Below, piece by piece: positions 51,993 through 63,866 of a stretch of DNA of 64,000 nt. This stretch comes from Fonticula alba ATCC 38817. Its lineage: Eukaryota > Protista > Nucleariida. Within the stretch, counting starts at the first letter, position 1. Each line of letters begins with the position of its first letter. Location: assembly GCA_000388065.2 (NCBI GenBank), contig KB932205.1. One strand, given 5' to 3'. A program made the translations under genes and the position numbers. The notes under the pieces are model-generated. The model had not been told where the DNA came from, made no database searches, and saw only the letters and a program-made list of their open reading frames with translations.

Positions 51993-54491
51993 GCCTCTGT
52001 GAAAGGGGGAAAAAAAAAAGAAAAGAAGAAAACCGCCACCACACCCCCTGCCTGGGGCAATCCGCACACAAGGCAGCATGCAGCGCGTGTGGCCACGCAT
52101 GTGCATCCCCCTGCGCTCCCTCCGCCGCATCCATCCCCCCTTTCTGCCTCGTTCCCTGGACTTGGCCCTTGTGGCATTCCGCCTCTTTCCGTTGCTCCCC
52201 CCCCTCCTCAGGGAAGACATCCACAAGGGGCGACAGCGGCGGGAGAGCGCCGCGACGCTGTCCTCGCGAAGCCACTTCCTTGTGGCCCTCCCCCCCCCCC
52301 CTTCCTCCTCCCTTGATCTTTTCGTAAATACAAAGCCAATACAATATCAACATTCTCCCCCCTCTCCTGCTTGCCCCGCTGACGGGCGACGGTGGCCTGT
52401 TTCCTTGGTTTCCCTTTGTCCCAACACCCGCCCAACTTCCAATCCCACCCTCTGTGGCCGTCAGCACACATCCCCAGGTAAATAGGCCGCTGTCGCCTGC
52501 CCTCCCCGCCCACACCTCGACAAGCCGCCGAGGGATGGCTCGCCTGTGTTTGTGGCGGCGTGCTGGAAGCCAGCCGGCTGACCAGAGGGGGGCTCGGGCC
52601 CGCCGTCCACCGTCCGCATTCCGCATTCCCAGTCGCGTTCATGTGCCCACGCATGTGTCACATGTTAATCCGATGGATTAATCTTATCGGTTACACTGGT
52701 CTCAGAGTTGTGGGTCACACCTGCGCGCTTCGGTGGTTGGCGAGTGCCTGCCGGGTGAGTTGGTGGGGGCGCCATCCTGCCCCACAATCCCCCCACCAAC
52801 CGGCGGGCTGTGCATGGCCAGCCGGGAACCCGGCCGGGAAGATGGCCAGCATGGTCCAGGTCACTGCCCGGGCCAGAGAGTATGCCGTTGAACAGCGGAC
52901 GCCGACCTCCGAACGGACATGGGAAAAAGTCTCACTGCACTCGGGCCAGCACAGGCTCACCCGGGTCCGGGGCTTACATCATACATGGCTGCCGATTGCC
53001 CTGGCCATGCGCCGGCATGCAGCTCAAGTGTGCGGAGATTGTGATAGGGCAAGGGCACTCCGACGCCATGCGGGATCTGGCGGTCACACCGGAGCCAAGT
53101 GCGCGCCATGGTCACCCGCCCTCGCCTCTGGAAGGAGGACGGGCTGGCGAATGGGGCGTAGGCCGGCACCTCCGCGGCCAGCCGATGTGTAGCACGGCAT
53201 GTTACTGACTCCCCTCCCCCCCCCCTCTAACGAGCGACGCGCTCTGTATGGGGCCCTTCTCAGGCAGGACTCCCGCAAGCGGGGCTCAGAAGAGCAAGGG
53301 GGCGTCCGGAAACGGAGCACGTGGGCCCGTCAGAGATTTGCTCGCTGAGCTTGGGTGCGCCCCGGCACCGGGCACAAGATCCTGCACACTCCCCCTCCGC
53401 CGTCCCCAAGGGGCCGGGGGAGGGTGGGGACCGGGACCGGAGGCCAAGGGGGGCCAGTGTTCGGGGTGCTCCCAAGCGCCTTTCTTGTGTCACCCGGTCT
53501 GTGGGGCGATTTCCGCCAGGTTGTGACGTGGCCAGAGGGGTGGGCTACTGATGCAAAAAAGCACGGCTCCATAAGGGCCGCGAACTCCGAGGGGAGCCCC
53601 CCTCCGGCCGCCCGGCATCTGAAAACGCGCGACAGGCAGGAAAGAACCAGGCGCGCGGGAGGCGCTGTGCATTTGGGCTGCCGTTCGAGATGAGAGGAGG
53701 GTGCCTAGGGACAGGGCGAGGGGGGCGGACGGATGGACCTAGGTGCACCCCTTCCACTAGCCTCAAGACTAGTGTATGTATGTATGTGTGTGTTTGTGTG
53801 TTTGTGTGTGTGTGTGTGAATGAGTGAATGCGCATGTGCATGTACGCGAGCATGTGCATGTCCGTATGTATGTAGCTAGGGAGGAGGGGTGCCGTCTATT
53901 TGAGGCAGTGCCATGCGCGGACCCCTTTCAAACGGATAAACAAATACGCCCCTCATCTTTTCAAGCCACTGCCCATCTCAGCCCGCGCTCTCCCCAGACA
54001 CAGTCACACGCACACGCGCCCCTGCTCATACGCGAAGCTCTGTGTCCCTACTTGCTGTCCCTGCCAGCCGCGTCCCCTCGCCCGCGCAGTGTAAGAACGC
54101 ACACGCAGGAACCGCCCCCTCGCGCTCGCTCGCCCCCTTCCGTCTTGCCGCTCCACCGCCGAGCAGCCAAGAGCGCATTGCCTGATTCGTCGGCACTCGC
54201 GTCCAGTCAGTGTATAATTCCCCTCGGTACGCCAGCGCCACCTGCCTGCTCGGTGTGTGTCCCGGGTGCAAGGGTGACAGAGCCCGAAAAGCGTGTCACT
54301 GGGCCTTGGGCATGCCGGCCACCATGATGCTTGCTTCTTGTGACTTCACTCGCGCACGGTGTTTGCTGACCACCTCTCCCTGCCCGGATTCTGCATCCGC
54401 GTTCCCCCCCCCCCCCCTCATCGCCCGGTCGACCACTCAGCCACACCCAGCAACGAGCCCCAGCTGCTGTCCCCTGGTGTGCACAGGAAAA

Positions 54492-57400
54492 ATGGGTTCA
54501 CGCTCACGCACCGGCCGCCGTGGCCGTCCCTCCGCGACTCGGCCCGGCTCATCGCACTCCACCACCACCGCCACCACTACCAATATCGCCACGCGCAGCA
54601 CGCCCGTCACCGAGGCTGCCAGCCGGCGGTCCTTGTCGTCCAGCGTGGCAGCCATCGGCGCGGCGCTGCTGCTCATGTCCCCGAGTCTGAGCATGGCCGC
54701 GCCGGTGGGCTGGGCCGAGGCCCGCAGCGACTCCGACAGCCCGCGACTGACGGAGGACGGCGGAGCCTGGATGGCCCGCGCGACGGCCGCCTCGGCCAGC
54801 GCCCCCCCCAGCCGCCTGGCAGTCCGCAGCGACACGGGCGTCCTGCCAGAGGGCGTGGAGATGGTGGCATGCGGTGGGCCGACCGCGCGCTCGCGCACCC
54901 GCTACTCCCCGAAGACACGCTCACGTCGTGAAGAGGAGGAGGAGGAGGAGGAAGACGAGGAAGAGGAGGAGGAGGAGGAGGAGGAGGAGGGCAAGTTCCG
55001 GAAGATGCAGAAGGCCGCCATGTTCCAACGGGTCATGTCCCCGGCGGCGACGGTGGTGCAGCCGCCGCTGGTGGTGGTGCAGGCCCCGCCCGCCCCATAC
55101 TACCCACCCCCGATGCAGCACTATCACTACCACTCTTCGGGCGGCATGTGGCACTCCATGTACCGACGGGAGGCCGGCTCGGTGGCCGGCAGCAAAACCC
55201 TGGCCAAGCGGGCCATCCTGGACCCGAAGAATGTGGCCGCCGGGGTCAAGGTGGCCGGCCTGCCGGTGGGGAAGAACGTGGCCACCGGCCCGGGCGCCGT
55301 GCGCCCGGCGGCTCGTCAAGCTCGCGGGACCCTGGCCGAAGCGTCCTTCCGCCGTGGCCCCGCCGCCTCCTTCGAGGGCCGGGGGCCGCCTGCGGCGGAG
55401 CGCGGTGCACTGAAGCGCAGTGCGCCGGGGGCCGCCAGGCCCCGGGGGGATCCCCTGCGCGAAGTCCTGGCCGGCCATCCGTCCGTGGTGCTGGACGATG
55501 GCCGGGCCCAGGCGGCCGTCATGAACCCGGCTCTCATCCGCAACCCGGTGTTGCTGCAGGCCAACAGCATCCCGGCGGCCGCCGGGGCCCGGGCCCCACG
55601 GCCGCCCATGCACCCCGCCGGTGGGAGCATCCATCAGCAGACGGCCGAGGCGCGTGCTCGCGCGGCTGGCATTCTGGCCGACGCGCACCCGGACGAGGGG
55701 CTGATGCATGCCCTGCCGGCTCTGGACTTCATCCCGGCGGACGACCAGCATCCCGAGCAGGAGCCGGACACCCGCCGGCGGGAGGATGACCAGGCGGCGC
55801 CGGGCTCGCCGGAGTACAAGCCGGCGGACCGGCTGCGTGCCTTCATCCGGCGCTCCCTGGGGGGTCTGTTCAATTGGGCCTGGTCGTCCGAGGTGTCGGA
55901 CGATGCCCCGGCCGAAGTGGCCCCCGAGCCCGGCCTGGACACGGTTGTCTTCCCCGTCCGGGCCTCGGTCTCGGAGCTGGTGGTCCCGGTGGCGGCCCGG
56001 CGCCCGGGTGCCGCCCAAGAAGAAGAGCAGTATGCCGCTGGGGTGGCGGAGGAGCCGCGCCGGGGCCGGCCCGTCGCCCCGCCCGGATCGGCCAGCGCCG
56101 GGCCGCGCGTCGCTCTGGGTCCCGGCAGCCCGGTCGTCCTGGCCACGGACACGGCCCCGGTGGTGAGGCTGAATGCCGGCCTGCCGCGGGTGGTGGTCAC
56201 CCGCCTGGCGGCGCGGGACACGGCCGACGCCGCGGCCGCGGCCAGGATCCAGGACCCGGCTGGCCTGGAGCCCCGCGGCAAGAAGACCCTCCTGGTGCCG
56301 GTGACCACCGTGGTGCCGGTCAAGGTTCCCAAGCGCACTGTGGCCGTGAACCCCCTGCCGGCGGTCATCCCGGCGGTGCCGGTGGCTCCGGTGGTGCCGG
56401 CAGCGGTGGTCAATGCCCCGGCGGCCGGGATCATGCTGCCGTCCATGCACCCGTACATGGCGCCGGCCGTGGCCGGGGCGGCCTTCCCCCCGATGCCCGG
56501 CGGCATGATGATCATGCCCCGGCGAGATGTGGTGGCCGACATGGAGGACCGCCGGCCGCGGGCAGCTCGATCGGTCATGGCCACAGCCGGCCACTATCAC
56601 CGCCGGCGTCTGGCCGCGCGTGCCGAGGCCGAGCCGAAGAATGGCACCGACGCGGAGGCGGAGCACGAGCAGGAGGAGGACGCGACCCAGGACACCAGCA
56701 GCCCCATCGAGAAGGTGGCCAAGATGGTTGGGCATGTGGCCAAGAAGGAGCCTCTGAAGCCGGCCCTCGCGGCGGCCGGGGTCAACATCACCCTGGCCGA
56801 CATCCTGGAGCACACGCGTCTGGCTGGGCCGTCGAAGAATGGCGATGAAGGCGATGACGAGGAGGACGAGGAGGCCGAGGAGGCCGAGGAGGACTCCGAG
56901 GACGAGGGTTCCGAATCTGAATCCGACTCGGACTCGGACTCGGATTCGGACTCGGACTCGGACTCGGATTCGGACTCGGATTGCGGCTCGGAGTCTGCTA
57001 GCGACAGCGATTCGGACTCGGACGCCGAGGGCGTGAGCGACGACGGTGCCGGGTCCGGCGGCGAGGATGCCGGCAATGCCTCCGAGGAGGAGGAGGCCGA
57101 GGGTGAGTTGGTTGAGAAGGACCTGGACATTCGGCCCGCCGGCAGCGGCCCCGGCGACGGTGCCGCGGAGGATGATGCCACCGAGGACCAATCGGCTGGG
57201 GATGCCGAGGGGCGTGTGCGCCAGCGTCGTGCCCATGTCCACGCCGAGCCTCTGGCCCAGGCATACAGCTTTGTGCCTCGTGGCCGGTCGGCGACCAGCG
57301 AGAGGGCGCGACCTGTGGCCGCTGGTGACCGGCCGCGGCAGCGCCAGGGCGGCAGCGCCAGGGCGGCCACGGGCTCGACCCTGGATCGGGTGTACACGGC

Positions 57401-57533
57401 GGCCTTCTCCAACAGCAACCGCCAGCCGGCCGAGCGCCGCGTCCGGAACCAGTACTACGCCGACCTGGAGGACGGGGCCAGCGACGGGGCCAGCGAGTTT
57501 GCCCTGCTGCAGTACTGGGCCTCCGGCGAGTAG
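54492..57533 (+). CDS. Intronless ~1013-aa low-complexity, probably secreted or membrane-anchored protein of unknown family
   Basis: ORF with strong GC3 codon bias. Hydrophobic signal-like segment VAAIGAALLLMSPSLSMA-AP after an extended N-region; poly-E, P/V/A-rich and (SD)n tracts; several dibasic sites. The start ATG at 54492 is inferred. Confidence 0.75.
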   Translation: MGSRSRTGRRGRPSATRPGSSHSTTTATTTNIATRSTPVTEAASRRSLSSSVAAIGAALLLMSPSLSMAAPVGWAEARSDSDSPRLTEDGGAWMARATAASASAPPSRLAVRSDTGVLPEGVEMVACGGPTARSRTRYSPKTRSRREEEEEEEEDEEEEEEEEEEEGKFRKMQKAAMFQRVMSPAATVVQPPLVVVQAPPAPYYPPPMQHYHYHSSGGMWHSMYRREAGSVAGSKTLAKRAILDPKNVAAGVKVAGLPVGKNVATGPGAVRPAARQARGTLAEASFRRGPAASFEGRGPPAAERGALKRSAPGAARPRGDPLREVLAGHPSVVLDDGRAQAAVMNPALIRNPVLLQANSIPAAAGARAPRPPMHPAGGSIHQQTAEARARAAGILADAHPDEGLMHALPALDFIPADDQHPEQEPDTRRREDDQAAPGSPEYKPADRLRAFIRRSLGGLFNWAWSSEVSDDAPAEVAPEPGLDTVVFPVRASVSELVVPVAARRPGAAQEEEQYAAGVAEEPRRGRPVAPPGSASAGPRVALGPGSPVVLATDTAPVVRLNAGLPRVVVTRLAARDTADAAAAARIQDPAGLEPRGKKTLLVPVTTVVPVKVPKRTVAVNPLPAVIPAVPVAPVVPAAVVNAPAAGIMLPSMHPYMAPAVAGAAFPPMPGGMMIMPRRDVVADMEDRRPRAARSVMATAGHYHRRRLAARAEAEPKNGTDAEAEHEQEEDATQDTSSPIEKVAKMVGHVAKKEPLKPALAAAGVNITLADILEHTRLAGPSKNGDEGDDEEDEEAEEAEEDSEDEGSESESDSDSDSDSDSDSDSDSDSDCGSESASDSDSDSDAEGVSDDGAGSGGEDAGNASEEEEAEGELVEKDLDIRPAGSGPGDGAAEDDATEDQSAGDAEGRVRQRRAHVHAEPLAQAYSFVPRGRSATSERARPVAAGDRPRQRQGGSARAATGSTLDRVYTAAFSNSNRQPAERRVRNQYYADLEDGASDGASEFALLQYWASGE
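56922..56981 (+). repeat. (Ser-Asp)10 coding hexamer repeat TCSGAY
   Basis: Directly visible inside the 54492-57533 ORF. Confidence 0.9.
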
Positions 57534-59647
57534 TGGGCTGTGAGCTGCGCCTCTCGCGCGGCTCCTTTGGGGGGCTGCCCTGGGGCGCGCATTTGTGACG
57601 ACAGAGGGGCGACGTGAGGGGCCCGAGGCCGGACCAGTGTGACTGGCGGGCAGGGGGTGGTGCTTAGCAGGGCGTCAGCCTGCTTCGCACCTCTTACTTC
57701 GTGAGCCCCCGCCCCCCCCCCCCCCACTTCTTCAAGTGCCAGCATCGGCAATAGGCTGCCCCGCCGTGTACGACGGGAAAAGCCCGCTCGTGTGCACGCG
57801 CGCCTGTGTGTGTCTGTTCTTGTGTCTGGCCGATGGCAAATAGAATATTAGGACTCTCTTTCTCACCGAACACATGCCGGGGGAAGGGATGGCGAGCAGC
57901 GGCGCATCGCAGTTTATGCTCGCCGGGTTGCAGGGGCGAGGGGCCTGAGCCAGGCGCGGCTACCTCCAGAGGGGCGGGAGGGCTCCATCATGCGAGTGGC
58001 GCTTGGGGAGAAGGGTGAATGCACAGCTGGCTGCCGAGCTGCCGCCATTCGCGGGCCCCATTCACCCTGGCCAGATGCATCATGAATTTCACCTGCCTGC
58101 CTCTCGCTCACGTCCATCTTGTTTCCTCGTCTCACGCCCCCCCCCCCCCCCCCCAGGATTTTCCATGTGTTTCAGTGTTCAGCCGCTCATCTGCACTCGG
58201 AGCACCGGCCGCCTGCGACATACACCTGCCCTTTCCTTCGAATCCATCCACTCGGTCCTCTGGCATTGTGGCTTCGTCGAAGAGCCTTGTGCCCCCCCCC
58301 ATCTCCCCCCCCGCCTCCCTCTACCGGCATCTCGTGTGTTTTCTGTCCTTTTTGGCCCTGCCTGTGCTACCCTCTTTCTGTTTCCCCCTCGCTCAAGTAA
58401 TCCCGCTCTGTTTCCCCAGATCTCTCTCTCCTTACTCAAACGCTTTATTCGGTGCACTATATGCGTATACGCCGACACATAGGCGCAAGTCTCCCTGCCC
58501 TCCCGCGGTCTCGAGAGGAAGGACGGCGTTCACAGTGTACAAGCATGTACGCGCACGTGAATGGTGCCACCCACTCCAGCCTGCCCGGCGTAGAAGGCCA
58601 GCACGGAAGATAAGGGGAGGCATGCGCGAGCAAAGCCCCCCCCCTCCCGTTCCCCTCTCGTGCACATGCCTTTGTCGCATGCATGATTTGTGTGGTGGTA
58701 CACTTCTCCCCCACCGCGCTGTTTGTGGCTGCCCCCCCTCCCCCCACCCCTGGCCCCGCCGCCTCGTCCCAAGGCCCGCCCCCTGACCTGTGTGGGTCTC
58801 TTCTTTTGCTCGTGAGCGGGGAGAGAGAGAGACGCGTGCTATGGGCGACACATGCATGTGGTGCTTGGTGTGTGTGACTCTGCGCTATTGTGGTTTTCTG
58901 TCTGATGGGTGTGTATATGCGTCCACCACGCGGTCACCGCCGCCCGCCCTGGGGAAGAGGGGGGAGAGGCGAGGGCCCGGAGTGGTGGAGAGGGGATGGT
59001 GCGGAATGCGAGCGCAGACGCCTACTCTCGGCTTCCTCGCCGGTGAGTGGCAGAAGGGGGTGGAGGGGGGAGGCACGGGACCCCCCCCGCCCCCCCTCCC
59101 CTCCGTCAGGTGGGGCAGGAAAGAGGGGCGCCGGCGCTCGGGTTGTTGTTGTCGCTATTGTTACTGTTATATGTGGGTGAAAAAGAGCGAGGCCAGCCAA
59201 AGCCGGCTACTCAAATGAGAAGAAGCGGGGCCAAGAGGGACCGGGGGCAGGGGTGGCCGGCGTGTACAGGCTTGCTCTGGCCAGAAAGCCAGGTATGGCG
59301 AGGGGCCGCCATGAGGAGGGCGCGCGCCCGCCGCAAACACGGGCCGAGCATGCTCGGCCCTGGGGGATTGCGCACGCGCGCGTCGCTCTCTCGCTCATGT
59401 GTCCGTCTGCCTGGCATCCTGGGCCGGTTGGGCCCTTGTGTACATCTCTCGAGCGCCCCTAGTCCAGCCCGGATGCCCTGTTGTTGGTGGGGTGTGGGTG
59501 GTGCGCTGATATGGAGGGGATTGGTGGTGGTGGTGGTGGTGGTGGGGTTTTGCTCGGCCGCGGATTCTTCTTCTCCACCCTCATGCACATACACGCGCTC
59601 GCGGGGGGACCCGACCCCGGTGTCGGGGAGGGGCACACAGAGGCCGC

Positions 59648-62600
59648 CTACATGTCAACACCGGCCTCGAAGAGGGTGCGCCCGGTGCGGCGCAGGCCGG
59701 GCTCGGAGCCGGCGGTCACGCCGACGCGCATGGAAGCCAGGCGCGGGTTGAACCGGTTGTAGGTGAAGTCCGTGCCGAAGAGGCCATCGCGAACCTCGTA
59801 GTCGTTCTCCTGGCCGTCGACGTCGAAGGTGGACACGCGCTGGGGCAGGCGCGGGTCCAGCATGAAGCGGGCGGTCTGGCCCAGGATACCGTGGGGGTTG
59901 GTGGGCGGGCCGACCAGGCTGGCAGCCAGGTTGACGTAGGACTCGGAGATGAGGCCCTTCTCGACCTTGGTGCGGGCAACGATCTGCCAGCTGTCGGTGC
60001 GGACGGTGAGGCGGTGGCGGCCATCGACATGCTCGACGACGACATCGGCCTCGGGCAGCTCGATGGTGCCAGACGGGACCTGGGTGCCGTTGACGAAGGT
60101 GCCGAAGTGCGGGTCGTAGCCGATGGAGGTGGACCCGATGAGCATACCAATGCGGCCCATGTAGGTACCTGTGCGTGTGCGTGCGTGTGTGTGTGTGTGT
60201 GTTTTTGTGGGGGATGGTTGTGTTCCCACAAAAAAAACACGCACGGGCACGGACACACACACATATTAAGGAAGGGGTGTGTTTTGTGTGTCGGGTTGGT
60301 CAGGCCCGGGGCGTGGAAAGGGGGGGGGGGGTGTACGGAGTCAGTATCGGGTCATCGGGNNNNNNNNNNNNNNNNNNNNNNNNNNNNNNNNNNNNNNNNN
60401 NNNNNNNNNNNNNNNNNNNNNNNNNNNNNNNNNNNNNNNNNNNNNNNNNNNNNNNNNNNNNNNNNNNNNNNNNNNNNNNNNNNNNNNNNNNNNNNNNNNN
60501 NNNNNNNNNNNNNNNNNNNNNNNNNNNNNNNNNNNNNNNNNNNNNNNNNNNNNNNNNNNNNNNNNNNNNNNNNNNNNNNNNNNNNNNNNNNNNNNNNNNN
60601 NNNNNNNNNNNNNNNNNNNNNNNNNNNNNNNNNNNNNNNNNNNNNNNNNNNGGGGTGGCTCGTGCATGTGTGTGCCCCATGCACTCTCGAAGGAGCGTGT
60701 GCATGTGCCCACGCGAGCACCCCCCGCTGCCCCTGGGCGCGGCTGGGTAGCCTGTCCGCGGCACTTGGGGCTGACCCGCTTTGGTGCATGAGCGCCGCTC
60801 GTTCGCTAAGCCCCTGTGGTCGCTCTCTTCGCTCGCCGCCCCTCTTTTGCGCCTCCCCTCTCCTCCCCCCGGTAAGTTGCTACTTGGGTCGCGCGTTTCA
60901 TGCGGGAGCATGTGCAAAGGCAAAAGCGCATGCATGCCCGCGCTTCCTGCCCGCCCCTCCCCCCTCCGCCCCCTGTATGGCCGCGACTCTATACTCGCCG
61001 GCCGCGGGCACGTGCCCAAGTCTCTCTGCCACTGGGCCCCGTCGGGCTCCCTCGCTGCGCGGAGGGGAGAGAGGGGCGCGGCGGAGCCGCCTGTGCCGGA
61101 GTCCCTTTCGGGATCTGACATATTCAAGAGGAAGCTCGCGCACGCGGACACCTCTGCCCGGTCGCCCGGCCCTCTGCGCACCGGCGACCTTTCGGGCCCC
61201 CGCAGGCCTCCTCTTTGGCCGAGATGGGCGGGGGGATGCGCTCCCGAAGGGCCCCGGGCGCGGGGCATGGAGGATCGCTGGCTGTCCGCCGCCGCCATCG
61301 CACATGCATACGCCCGCCTCCGCCCCCCATCGTCCCCCTGTGGGCAGGGTGTTGGCCGAGGGGGCCGAGGGGCCAGCACGGGAGGAGCCAGTCGGGGCAT
61401 AGACACGTGCGACGGCGGCGGCGGACAGCCAAGCACAGGTACTGGAAAAAAAGCGCGCGCCAAAGAGAGCGCCCCGAGAGGGAGGGAGAGAGCGCGCGAG
61501 ACCGATACAACCACCCACACAGTCAAGCCTCTGTGGCGGGCGCGGGTGGGCAGCGCGCCCGTTGGCCGGTTCTCCTCACTTGCGGGGGCGCACGCACGGC
61601 CGGCACCACCACCACTACCACCGCACCACGCGAGCCGCCCTTGTATGCGCGCACACATACACACGCACAAGCGCCGTGGGTCTCCCGTTCTCGCACGAAG
61701 CAAGGGATGTGGGAGGATGCAGGAAAGGCTAGCAACACGCGCACGGGCGTGTGCCCGTGGCGTGAGATCTCGGCTATCATTGCGGCGCGCGCGCGCGTGG
61801 AGGACACGCGCGTGCTCGTTTCATGCGGCGAGACACGACGCGCCCCCCGACGGTGCGGTTGCTCTCAAGCGAGATGGCGGGACGACTGGGCGTTCCCCGG
61901 CCGCTCCGCCCCCCTCCCTCCCCTGGAGGGGCTGCTCGCGTGGTGGTGGGTGCCGGCCGTGTGGGGCCACATGCGACCGCCGTCTGCCCGGTGTGTGGCT
62001 GTGGTGTGTGCCCGTGTCTGTCTGCGTGCGTGCGTGCGGGCAAGCGGGTGCGCACACGCGCGCATAAATGCTCGACCTGACCGTGGGGCGCGCCGTCATA
62101 GTAGTTGCTACTTCGGTTTACCGCAGGCATTCGAGGGTCTTCGCTTCTCCTGCTCTTTTTTTGCACGTCACTCTCCGTCCCACCGAAGGCGGGGAGGGGG
62201 GGGGGGGGGGAACGCGGCCGCTTCCCTTCAGGCAGGCCGCCGGCCTCCACGAGGGGCAAGCACGCGAGCGCACCCACGCACCCACGCAAACAGGCATGCA
62301 CACACACACACACACACACACCCACCCATACACACAGAGAGACATGCACACGCATGGACATCTGGCTAGTGGCGCATATGCACCTCTGCCGGGCATGCCC
62401 CTCTCCCCGAGTGTCTCGCTCCCTCGCGCTCCCTCCCTCGCGCACGCTCTCTTGCTCGATACCATCCGACCCCTGTCCAACCTACTCTACCCTGGCTGGC
62501 GCTTCGCCGCGGACCATCGGCCGACGGCTGCACCATGATGCTCTTGCTCACCCGGGACCGGGCACGCGTGCGACAGGGACAAACCGGCACATGGTGCACG

Positions 62601-63678
62601 GGCCTTCTCCGCCGACACGTCCTCGCCCCTCTCCATCCGACAAAGGCGGCACAGGAGGGACGGAGACCCGAGGGGGGGCGGGGGCAGGGAAGCGGCACCA
62701 CGCGAGGACACACTCCGACACTCGGAAGAAGGCGGGGGGGGCAGGGGGCGGCGAAGCGAGGCGCAATGGCGGCCAAGGCCGATCAGCGGACACCCACCAG
62801 GGCATCCCCAGTCACGCGCGCCCGAGGGGCGGGGCGCAGGCAGCCCCATTCACGGACACAGGAACAGCTACAGCCGGGCAGGCACACGCCAGAAACCCAA
62901 GTGCACACACACACACACACACACATACACACACGGAAGGCACACGCGCGCACGCGCGCGAGCCAGCCTCTCAGGTCCCCACTCTGTCGGTCTTCCTCTC
63001 AGCAACACCACCTTCCGGCTTTCCAAATGGTCATGCTCACGTACCCTTGAGCGCATGCAGGCGGATGAACTGGGCGTTGACCTGGAAGTTGACATCGGAA
63101 ATGATGTTGTAGTCGTGGCCGGCGAAGCCCTCGAAGTAGTAGGAGGCGCCGTTGAAGCCGACGAAGTGCGGGTCGTCGGTGGCGCTGCCCTGGCAGTTGG
63201 TGACGGACTTGCAGTTGTTCGGCTCCTCGGCACAGGCGAAGACCTGCAGGCCGTTGGCCGCGCACTGGGCGGTGGTCGGGTAGCTGACGGGGTTGGTGCC
63301 GGCCTGGCAGGCGGCCACGCTGCTGAAGCAGAGGGCGTTGCGCTGGCACGCGCAGGAGGCGCCATCGTTGCCGCCGCCGGTGGAGGGGCTGCTGGTGGGG
63401 CGAGGGTGCTTCTTGCCCTTCTTGCCCTTCTTGCCCTTCTTGCCGCCCTTGTTGCCCTTGCGGGCCCTCTTGGCGGCCTTCTTGGCGGCCTTGCGGGCGC
63501 GCTTGGCGGCCTTCTTGCCGCCACCGCCGCCACCGTGCTCATCATCATCATCATCATCGTCGTCCTCGTCGTCGCGGCGGCTGATGCGCGCGGCGTTGGC
63601 AGCGGTGGCGGCCAGCAGCAGCATGGCCAGCAGGGCCATGAGCAGGGCGCGCGGCAGGCGAGTCTTGGTCAGCTGCAT
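59648..63678 (-). CDS. Secreted protein with acidic and basic blocks, a Cys-rich module and a root-cap/VWD-like C-terminal domain; 2 exons, ~384 aa
   Basis: Signal peptide MQLTKTRLPRALLMALLAMLLLAATAANA. Exon 63678-63045 joins exon 60168-59648 in phase 1 (LKG|TYMGRIG), total 1155 nt. DDPHFVGFNGASYYFEG...YNIISD...QVNAQFI and PHGILGQT...DGLFGTDFTYNRF resemble plant root-cap/LEA-related proteins. Confidence 0.8.
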
Positions 63679-63856
63679 GGTTGCTCGGTTGAGAGGGGGA
63701 GGGAGGGGAGGGGGGGGGAGTGTTCGGGGGGGTGGGTGGGAGAGTGGAGGGAGGGGAGAGGTAATTGCAGGGGTGGAGATTGGGAGAGAGGTCTTTCCCG
63801 GTTAGTCCAGAGTCTGCTATCTCGATGGCCCGATTGGCCGGCGTCCTGTCTACCAG

Positions 63857-63866
63857 CCTTAAATAG
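63857..63866 (-). promoter_or_regulatory. TATA-like element CTATTTAAGG upstream of the root-cap-like gene
   Basis: About 180 nt upstream of the ATG at 63678; identical to the 10-mer at 429-438. Confidence 0.4.

Noticed and set aside
53301-53320. GTCCGGAAACGGAGCA resembling SRP RNA helix 8
   Set aside because: The 5' side of the internal loop is GCGT rather than the conserved CAGG, and no helix-6 GGAG loop or Alu domain is visible.
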